Origin: a virus
Lineage: Duplodnaviria; Caudoviricetes
Length of the DNA stretch: 53,153 bases
IMG/VR virus record: IMGVR_UViG_3300048590_000075
Location: 1 to 53,153 of that record
Direction: 5' to 3' (one strand)
A program made the position numbers and the translations under genes. Positions 45,668-53,153 of this stretch are shown piece by piece. The notes under the pieces are model-generated. The model made no database searches, was not told where the DNA came from, and saw only the letters and a list, made by a program, of their open reading frames with translations. Position 1 is the first letter of the stretch. Every line of letters starts with the position of its first letter.

Positions 45668-48600
45668 CGCCTCGGACATCGGCACATCATCGCTCAGCGC
45701 GCCCTCGATCGCGCGCATCGGCCCGGTTGTCGGAAGCCCGGTGATCATGCCGACGCTATCGGCGATGGCCCGGCGAAGTGCCGCGTCATTCTCGCCCTGT
45801 GCCGCCTGCGTCAGCAGCCGCGCCGGCGCATCGGCAACCGAGCCGTAGATGCCACCGCCGCCGAAACCCATGAGCGCCGAATACACGTCGCGGATGATCG
45901 GGATGCCACCGACGATCGCCGAGCCGGTTTCCCGCAGCAGGAAGCCCTTCAGGTCATCATCGTCGTCATCGTCGGAGAGCGCAGACCACAGAAGCGCCGT
46001 CAGTATCGCCTCCGTCCAGTAGAGCAGCGCCAAATTGGTCGCCGCCGTCAGCACCACACCGACGCGCTGCGCGCCCGCATCGGCATCGCGCCATCCGATC
46101 CTGGCCCGCATGGCTTCCACATGGGCGCGATTCATCTTCGTCAGCATGTAGCCGCCGAGTGTGGTGAAAAATCGCACCACGTCGGCTTGCCGCGTCGTCT
46201 CCGACAGGGTGCCGCGCTCGAAGGCGGCACGATCTGCCATGAGGCCGCTGTCCTGCGACCGCGCCACCATGCGATCCGCGTAATGGGCAGCCTTGCCTTC
46301 ATCCCCGAACCTCTCGACACCCGAGCGGAACGCGCCCAGCCACGTCGGCATGTCCACCGCCCAGAACTGCGTCCAGACGATCGGCGCGAAGCCGATCTTG
46401 CCGACGACCGCCTTGCCTTTCTTGTAACCGGACGCCACCGGCCCGGCGAGTTGCGTGTCGTCCATGAAGTCGTGAATGTCCTTCTGGAACGTCGACCGCC
46501 GCTCGCGCATGAACACCGACATGGCGACCACCGCCGCCGCAGTGCCGCGCGGGTTCCGCAGGTATTCCAGATAGCCGCGGACCATGTTGCGCTTGCCGAT
46601 GACCACCGCCGACTGCCCGACGCCAGTAACTTGCATCGCCACCGTCTTGAAGTTCAGAGCCAGCCGCGACAGCGTGAAGTTGTTCTTGACGATGCGGAAC
46701 ATGGTGTTGAACGCATCCGGCGATGGCGACGGCCCCTTCGCCACGTCCTTCAGCCACAGCTTCAGGATGTCGTGCTGATCCTTGGCGCCGGCATCGAGAA
46801 ACGCATTCATCACGTCCGGGTGCGAGATCAGCCGGTAGGTGTTATCCACCGCCTCCGATAGCGCGATGTATCGGATCGTGTCGCGCATGTGGGCGAAGGC
46901 TACCGACACGTCGAGCCGCAGCGTGCGCCCGCCACCGGACTTGGCACGCTGCTTCGTCATGCCGTTGCGGATCGCTGCCGTCGCGCCCCGTCCCGTCGCC
47001 GTGAACTTGTCCCATGCCGAGGCTTCATCCGCCGCCGCTGCCGCCGAAAGCGTCGGATCGTAGCTGATCGGGTAGTAGCCGCCCGTCACGAAGGAAGGCG
47101 CGCCCACCATCAGCTTCGCCTCGACCTTCTTGGGCACGACACCCGTCCGGCGATGCGCAACCTCGGCCAGCCCGGACCAGTAGGAGTTCACCATGTCCCA
47201 CATGTCTTGCACGAACCGCCAGTCGGTATCGTCCATCGTCGCCAGAAGCGCGTCAACTTGGCCCTTCGTCAGCCGGTTTTTCATGGCCGCATCCGGCGCG
47301 GTCAGCCGCAGGTAGTTATCCTCGTTGCCGGCGTTGAGCGCGACGGCGAGAATTTCCAGCTTCGACCACGCCCGGTCGTTCGCGCCGGGAATGTCGCGTT
47401 CCACCTTCATCCGACGAATGTCGGCGGCGCTGTAATGGCTCTTGAACAGCGCATCGAGACGCTCGGCCATCTCGACATTCATCCGGTGCTCTTCGCTTGT
47501 CGCCTCGTCAATGGAGCGCTTTACCTCATCATAAGCGCCGCCGAGTTCCTCGCCGCCATCCATGCGGATCAGGAGCGTGTCGGTGCGCCACAAGAGGTTG
47601 AACGCCTCCGCGATCCGGTGCCGCTCACCCGCCTTTCCGGTGCCGAGGTTCTTGCGGATCAGCCCGGAGACGCGATCCGCCGACGCCTGCAACTCGCGCT
47701 TGCGCTTGCGGTCGATCAACGCCTGCTTGAATCTGCCCATGTGGTCGATATTGGCGACGGTATCGAAAAGGCCGCGCAACTCGTCCACCGACAGCTTCGT
47801 GTAATGGCGGCGGTTCACCGCGTCGATCAGCCGCGCGTCGACATTCAACTCGCCCTCGCGGCCTTCCTCGATCATGCGGTCCACGAACGCCTTCAGGCTT
47901 TCCGCCCGTGCGATCTGGCGCTGGCCACGGATGCGGAAGTCGTAGTCCTCAAGAATGGCGTCGATCTGTTCGATATAGCCGCCGTCCAGTTTTTCCCTGA
48001 CCGACTTCTTCGTATAGGCGCGCATCTTCTCGCGCCCCTTCTGGACGTATTCGGCGACATTGCGGGATTCGTCGTAAATGAAGCCGTTGAGGATCTGCTG
48101 TTCCTTGGCTTGCAGCGCCTCGGCGAGCGCCTGTTCCGCCTTGCCGGTGCCGCGCGCCACCGTGGCGAATGCATCCTGTGCCGCCCGCGCCGCCTTGCGT
48201 TCCGAGGCAAGGAACCGCTCCGGCCGGATCACGTCGCGCACCATCATCCGGCCGACCATCTCGCGCGCCCGGTGACGGTATATCTTCGCCGTCATGCCGG
48301 CCGTGTCGCGTCCGAGCCGCCGCGCCATGTGCCGCGCTTCGGCGACCGACAGGTTCGCCTGTTGCTCGCTGTGAATGGCGGCCAGCGCCTCTTCCTCGAT
48401 CGTGCCGTCGTTGAGCGGATCGCCGTGCCGCTCGACCATCCGCCGTTCGACTTCCGCGGCGATGGCATCGCGCTTGCGCGGCGTGTTCTGCAAGGTCCGC
48501 ACCATCTCGGCCGCCGAGGCGAAGCCGAAGAACTGCGCCACTTCTTCCGGCGCCGTGCCGTTGTCGCCGTAGATCGCCCGCTTGCCGCCGAGCTGCTGGC

Positions 48601-51600
48601 GCGACACTTCAGCCAGAACGCCGTCGCCGAACTGTTCCACCAGTGCCTTGCGGTCGATCTGCATGTCGGGAATTTCGGCACCATCCACCGCGCCTTGCCA
48701 AGACTGGTTGGCGAGCAGATCGACAAGCCGGTATTCGCGCCGCCGTTCCACATCCGCCGTGACTTCCGCCAGCACCGCCTTCTTCTCGGCCCGATACCAC
48801 GCCTCGCGCTCGCGCCGCACCTTTGCCATCACCCGCGCCATCAGCGACTGTTCGGCCTGATCCACCGCCCGCCGCGCCATGCGCTGATATGTGGTGAAGT
48901 CGGTTTGCGACATGCCGGGAGGGGCATCGGCGAAGAGCGGACGCATCGCCTGTTCCTCGCGCGCCGCCTTTATCTCGGCATCCGTCGCCAGCATCCGGTC
49001 CATGACCTCGCGGATTTCCGGCGTGATGTTGACCTTGAGGCCGCGCGCCGTGCGGTAGATGCGCGTGAGCCACGCCTTGAACCGCGCAAATGCATCGGCC
49101 AGCGCCAGCGACGGCGCCTTGCCTTCCATGACGTAAGCCTCGAACCCGCGCGCCCATTGCTCATGCTGCGGCACGCCGACTTGCCCCCATCCCTTGACGC
49201 CAAGCCAGGCGAAGATCGCCGCCAGATCGTCCTTCATCGCCTGCGGGGCATGTTCTTCCGACGCCAGCGCGTTGAAGGCCTCGAGGAAGAAATGCCCCGA
49301 CTCATGAATGAAGGTGCTTAAATTGGCCGACTCGAACAGGTTGATGACGGTCTGCCCGGCGCGAACGCCACCCTGTGGCAGGACGATGGAGCCGCGGTTG
49401 CCGATGGAACCGTCTGGTTGGAACATGGTTTTGTCAATTTTTACGCCGCCCTTCACCCCTACCGAGTACCCGGCGGCGATGAAGTCCTCAGCGGTGCGCA
49501 GATCATCTCGACCCAGATACGCCGACGCTTCTTCTGGTGACAGAAGCCGCGCGCCAGGCATATCAAGATCAACCATGATGTCGGATAGCGGCACATCGAC
49601 GGGAATCACCACGCCATCCGGCCCCGCGTAATCTTCCGCGACCGATCTTCTCGAAGTAAAAAACGCAGGTCCGCTTATTTCCCCTGCGTCTTTTATGCTG
49701 TCCGCTGCCTCCGCGCTTGTGCCATGATAGAGACGCACCAGCCCCGGTTGCCCGTATTCAGCGCCGCCGGCCGCATCCAGCGCCGCGGCGATTTCGTCAT
49801 TCGTCATCGTCGCCGGATCAAGCGCCCGCTCGCTGAGCGCGTCCGCCAGCGCCTGCATGTCAGGGTCCGGGCCCTCACCCTCGGCATAGACCTTGCGGCC
49901 CGCCACGTCCTCGCTCAGCGCGTCCAGCAGCCGCGCCGCGAAGTCTGACGCCTCGCCCTTGGTCCCGATGTTGACCTCGCCTATGAGATCGGGGAAATAC
50001 CCCGCCTCGGCTGCAAGCCGTCCCATCTCGTCAAGCGACATTCCGCGCCCGGCTGCCGGCATCACCCCGCCGAGCGACGGCTGCGATGCGCGCGCCTTCA
50101 TCTGCGCCGCCGTTTCGGCCACCACGCCCTTCGGCGCGTCCATCGCCGCCACGTCGCCGCCGGCGTCCTGCACACCGCCCTTCGCCTTGACGAACTCGGC
50201 GAGCGACAGTCCGCGCGGCTTCAGCGCTTTCTCGCCCTTCGTCCGCAGCGTGTTGAGCGCGATGTCGAGTGCATCGCGGCGGCGAAACTCTGGCGACTGC
50301 GGCCCGCGCACCCGAACCGGCATGTCACGCGACATGTCCAGCGGGTCTTCGCCATAACGCTCGCCCATGGTGCGCCAGAACGCCGCCCACATCGTCGCTT
50401 CCTGCCGCGCCGCGTCCGGCGAGCGGCCGGCCTCGCGCAGTTGCGAAAACATGTCGTCGTATATCTGCACATCCGCCGCGCGGGTGGCGTCCTGATCAAG
50501 CCGCGCCGCCTCGGCTTCCTCGAATGCGTCCTGCATGATGTCCTGCACGCGCATGTTGAACGCGCGGACTTCCGCCAGCGACAGTTCCTCGGGATCGGTC
50601 GTGGCGTTCTCGGCGAACCACGCCGCCGCGTCCGTCCCGGCGATGTAGGTGGCATAATTCGACGCGGGCACCGCCACGGCATTGCCGGACTGCGCCGCCT
50701 CGTCGAACGTCACCGGGTCAATGCCCCACGCGCGCATGGTATCTTCGTCGAACGCCACGTCCTTGGCCTGGAAATACTCCCGCAAGGCATCGGCCGGGAC
50801 ATGGATCGTCTTGTCGCCGAGTCCTTGCGCTTCCAGCGCCTCGCGGAACTTCTCCGGCGCGCGCACCTTCAGCCGGGAGGCTGCCGCCTGTGCGTCCGCC
50901 TCGGCCAGCGTCTCCGCCGTCTCCCCGGCGGTCCCCGCCTTGACCGCGCCGCGCAGCAACCTGCGTCCACCGACACCGATAACCTCGATCGGGGCCGTAA
51001 CCAGTTCGGCCAGCCCCTCGATCACGATGTCCTTCCATGACACATTCTGACCCGACGCCAGTTGCCCGAGGGCTTCGCCGCCGCCGCCAAGGCCGACCTG
51101 TGCCAGCCCTTGCGCGATCATGTCACCCGCCGGAGACTTCATCAGCGTCTTGCCGGCAACCCCGCCGGAGATCGCGTCCATCATGCCGATGACGAGACCG
51201 CGCGTCAGTCCGCGATCACGGGCCGCTTGCATCAGGTCCGCATCCTGCAAGGCCGCCATGGCGTCTTCCGGCGTTTCCATCCTGACGCCGCGCTCGGCTA
51301 GGAACTCCATCGTGGACGCCGCGTTTTCCGTCAGCCCCGACACCGTGCCGAGCGTCAGAGCGCCCGCCGCTGGACTGCGCGTCACCACCGTCACCGCCGA
51401 GGCGCCGAGGATCGCCGGCAGGAACTCGCCCGCGACCTCGGCCGCGAAGGCCGCGCCGCGGATCGGATCGCTGGCAAAGGCGCCGAGCGCACCGAGGAAG
51501 GTATCCTCGGCATTGGCGAGGGTTTCGTCGCGGAACGCCGTCGCCGGCCCGGACATCGGAATGGAGGCGATCTTGTCGGACCGCTCCCGCGCCGACAGGA

Positions 51601-52282
51601 GCGCCGCAGAACCGCGATCCAGAAGCCGCCGCACATCCTCGGGGGAGAGATCACGGGCGGCATCAAAGCGCACCTGCGCCGCCATTAGCGCCATCGACCT
51701 CATGGGGGCAGGCGCCGAGTCACCGCCGACCTGTGCCAGTTCCTCGGCGATGAGATCGTCCAGCGAGCGGCCGACATCGGCGATCCGCGCCGACGTGCCC
51801 TGCACCGACAGCACGTCGCCGGCCATCGGAATGCGCCGCACGCCGCGCTCTATCATGCGCCCGGCCGCAGACCCTTCCGCAGCATCGCCCATCTCGACAA
51901 GGCCCTGAGATGGCGCGTTGAGGACGCGCTCCCACCACGTCAGGTTGTCGAGATCGTCCTTTGCAAGAACGCCGTTCTCCCGATCCGCCAGCCATGCCGC
52001 CGTCTTCGGCGCTCGCCGCAGCCCATCTGCCGCCTGCTTCATGCGCAGTTGCAGATCGTAGGCTTCCGGGTCGGCTCCGACGACCACCGGGTTGATGCCA
52101 AGCGCCGCGCCAACCTGCCGGCTTTTCGCCTCTGCGTCAGGATCGCGCTCGTCATAGGTCAACGCCATCCCGACCTGGCCAGCCTGTTGCGCCTTCATTG
52201 TCTCGGCCGCACGGGCGAGCGGCGAAACTGCACCGGTCTGTTGCTGTTTCAGAAGTTCGGCGGCGGCGGTAAAGTCGTTCAT
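45638..52282 (-). CDS. Large internal virion/ejection (polyvalent) protein
   Basis: 2214 aa; LYHGT ART-like module, FIHESGH..HEQWARGFEAY zincin-like motif. Confidence 0.8.
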   Translation of the reverse strand: MNDFTAAAELLKQQQTGAVSPLARAAETMKAQQAGQVGMALTYDERDPDAEAKSRQVGAALGINPVVVGADPEAYDLQLRMKQAADGLRRAPKTAAWLADRENGVLAKDDLDNLTWWERVLNAPSQGLVEMGDAAEGSAAGRMIERGVRRIPMAGDVLSVQGTSARIADVGRSLDDLIAEELAQVGGDSAPAPMRSMALMAAQVRFDAARDLSPEDVRRLLDRGSAALLSARERSDKIASIPMSGPATAFRDETLANAEDTFLGALGAFASDPIRGAAFAAEVAGEFLPAILGASAVTVVTRSPAAGALTLGTVSGLTENAASTMEFLAERGVRMETPEDAMAALQDADLMQAARDRGLTRGLVIGMMDAISGGVAGKTLMKSPAGDMIAQGLAQVGLGGGGEALGQLASGQNVSWKDIVIEGLAELVTAPIEVIGVGGRRLLRGAVKAGTAGETAETLAEADAQAAASRLKVRAPEKFREALEAQGLGDKTIHVPADALREYFQAKDVAFDEDTMRAWGIDPVTFDEAAQSGNAVAVPASNYATYIAGTDAAAWFAENATTDPEELSLAEVRAFNMRVQDIMQDAFEEAEAARLDQDATRAADVQIYDDMFSQLREAGRSPDAARQEATMWAAFWRTMGERYGEDPLDMSRDMPVRVRGPQSPEFRRRDALDIALNTLRTKGEKALKPRGLSLAEFVKAKGGVQDAGGDVAAMDAPKGVVAETAAQMKARASQPSLGGVMPAAGRGMSLDEMGRLAAEAGYFPDLIGEVNIGTKGEASDFAARLLDALSEDVAGRKVYAEGEGPDPDMQALADALSERALDPATMTNDEIAAALDAAGGAEYGQPGLVRLYHGTSAEAADSIKDAGEISGPAFFTSRRSVAEDYAGPDGVVIPVDVPLSDIMVDLDMPGARLLSPEEASAYLGRDDLRTAEDFIAAGYSVGVKGGVKIDKTMFQPDGSIGNRGSIVLPQGGVRAGQTVINLFESANLSTFIHESGHFFLEAFNALASEEHAPQAMKDDLAAIFAWLGVKGWGQVGVPQHEQWARGFEAYVMEGKAPSLALADAFARFKAWLTRIYRTARGLKVNITPEIREVMDRMLATDAEIKAAREEQAMRPLFADAPPGMSQTDFTTYQRMARRAVDQAEQSLMARVMAKVRREREAWYRAEKKAVLAEVTADVERRREYRLVDLLANQSWQGAVDGAEIPDMQIDRKALVEQFGDGVLAEVSRQQLGGKRAIYGDNGTAPEEVAQFFGFASAAEMVRTLQNTPRKRDAIAAEVERRMVERHGDPLNDGTIEEEALAAIHSEQQANLSVAEARHMARRLGRDTAGMTAKIYRHRAREMVGRMMVRDVIRPERFLASERKAARAAQDAFATVARGTGKAEQALAEALQAKEQQILNGFIYDESRNVAEYVQKGREKMRAYTKKSVREKLDGGYIEQIDAILEDYDFRIRGQRQIARAESLKAFVDRMIEEGREGELNVDARLIDAVNRRHYTKLSVDELRGLFDTVANIDHMGRFKQALIDRKRKRELQASADRVSGLIRKNLGTGKAGERHRIAEAFNLLWRTDTLLIRMDGGEELGGAYDEVKRSIDEATSEEHRMNVEMAERLDALFKSHYSAADIRRMKVERDIPGANDRAWSKLEILAVALNAGNEDNYLRLTAPDAAMKNRLTKGQVDALLATMDDTDWRFVQDMWDMVNSYWSGLAEVAHRRTGVVPKKVEAKLMVGAPSFVTGGYYPISYDPTLSAAAAADEASAWDKFTATGRGATAAIRNGMTKQRAKSGGGRTLRLDVSVAFAHMRDTIRYIALSEAVDNTYRLISHPDVMNAFLDAGAKDQHDILKLWLKDVAKGPSPSPDAFNTMFRIVKNNFTLSRLALNFKTVAMQVTGVGQSAVVIGKRNMVRGYLEYLRNPRGTAAAVVAMSVFMRERRSTFQKDIHDFMDDTQLAGPVASGYKKGKAVVGKIGFAPIVWTQFWAVDMPTWLGAFRSGVERFGDEGKAAHYADRMVARSQDSGLMADRAAFERGTLSETTRQADVVRFFTTLGGYMLTKMNRAHVEAMRARIGWRDADAGAQRVGVVLTAATNLALLYWTEAILTALLWSALSDDDDDDDLKGFLLRETGSAIVGGIPIIRDVYSALMGFGGGGIYGSVADAPARLLTQAAQGENDAALRRAIADSVGMITGLPTTGPMRAIEGALSDDVPMSEALLGRNPLAR

Positions 52283-53153
52283 TGCACCACCATGCCAAGG
52301 ATCGTCACAAGGTTTTCCGCCGTCACCGGCATACCGGCATCACGCAAAGCGGCAGCCGCTTCATCCACGCGGGCGGCGGGATAGGTCACATCGCCGATGG
52401 TGATGTCCGCGCCGCCGAGGGCGCTTTCGGCAAGGCCGAGGCCACCCAATTCGAACGCCAGCACGTCCTTTTCGTTCATCGGGCCGGGCGGGTTGATCGT
52501 CACCGGCGTCAGCATCTTCGCCACCCGCCGGTCGATATCGAGTTGCGACGGCGCCTCGCCCTTCTCCTTGATGTAGGTGTCCTGCCATTGCAGGAGTTGC
52601 ATCTGGATCGTCGCCACCTTCTTCGCCGCCGCCGTGCCTTCCTTCGGCGAGGCGTCGATACCTGCCGCCACCATCTGGCGCTTCGCCGTCTCCATCATCG
52701 TGGATGCAGCAGCAGCCGTCACCTTGGTGGCAGGGTCCGGCGGCGCAGTCTGCGCATCGGCGAACTTCTTCCAGTCTGTTTCGGACAGCGATCCGACATA
52801 GGGCGTCAGGTCGGTGTTGCGGAAGCGCTCAGGCTCGTTCGCCTGCATCTGGCGGAGCGTCAGGTAGGTCTGCGGGTCCGTCTCGACAGGCTCGCCCGCG
52901 AAGCGCTTCGCCTGATAGGTCAACAGCCCGGACATGGCGTCCTCGCCGAGCATCTGGCGCTGTTCGAGCGGCAGTTTCATCACATCGCCGCCCGCCTCGA
53001 TCATCTGGAAAGCGGCATCCCTTGCTCCGGCCAGTTCCGCCTTCCGCTCGCCGTCGGCGATGGACTGTTCCAGCGTGATCGCGTCAGCCATCGACTTGCG
53101 GATCGCCGGGTCTTCCTCGGCCATCACCGTGTCCCACATCGACGGCCGCTCGC
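52279..53153 (-). CDS. C-terminal part of the join-spanning internal virion protein
   Basis: In frame with 1..1378 through the terminal repeat. Confidence 0.85.
   Translation of the reverse strand, partial: ERPSMWDTVMAEEDPAIRKSMADAITLEQSIADGERKAELAGARDAAFQMIEAGGDVMKLPLEQRQMLGEDAMSGLLTYQAKRFAGEPVETDPQTYLTLRQMQANEPERFRNTDLTPYVGSLSETDWKKFADAQTAPPDPATKVTAAAASTMMETAKRQMVAAGIDASPKEGTAAAKKVATIQMQLLQWQDTYIKEKGEAPSQLDIDRRVAKMLTPVTINPPGPMNEKDVLAFELGGLGLAESALGGADITIGDVTYPAARVDEAAAALRDAGMPVTAENLVTILGMVVQ
52908..53153. repeat. Terminal direct repeat, copy 2
   Basis: Matches 1-246. Confidence 0.95.

Noticed and set aside
46889-49321. 810-aa plus-strand ORF (likewise 38101..40521, 11211..12563 and 2186..3373)
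   Set aside because: Antisense shadows of structural genes, expected in high-GC DNA; unlike the MTase beta frame they show no motif or selection signal
1-53153. tRNA, rRNA, integrase/att site, transposase, DNA polymerase
   Set aside because: None recognised by eye; an HMM and tRNAscan run is needed to confirm absence

Overview
This window is an essentially complete, circularly permuted genome (about 52.9 kb unique) of a GC-rich podovirus-type tailed phage, probably infecting an alphaproteobacterium. Bases 1-246 are repeated at 52908-53153 with 4 mismatches. The minus strand carries cro, a Dam-type methylase, RusA, SSB, an iteron-containing replication initiator, helicase, primase, a putative late antiterminator, the terminases, portal, scaffold, capsid and two paralogous decoration proteins. 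It continues with T7/BPP-1-like tail tube proteins, ejection proteins, three receptor-binding proteins and a lysis cassette. One ejection protein spans the window join and carries an M15 peptidase domain; a 2214-aa one has ART-like and HEXXH modules. The plus strand (20926-34398) carries a short CI-like repressor and an early/accessory region with ERF, NinB-like, HNH, C5 methyltransferase, ASCH-like and PcfJ-like genes. I see no integrase, DNA polymerase, tRNA, CRISPR array or reverse transcriptase. The standout locus is 27045-28969, a C5 cytosine methyltransferase written in two overlapping frames. One frame holds catalytic motifs I, IV, VI, VIII and X; the other holds motif IX and five W-P/G-T modules resembling target-recognition domains. 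An HNH gene in the third frame has inserted in phase, supplied a recoded 3' end and orphaned the original one. All product calls come from motif recognition and synteny, not database searches.
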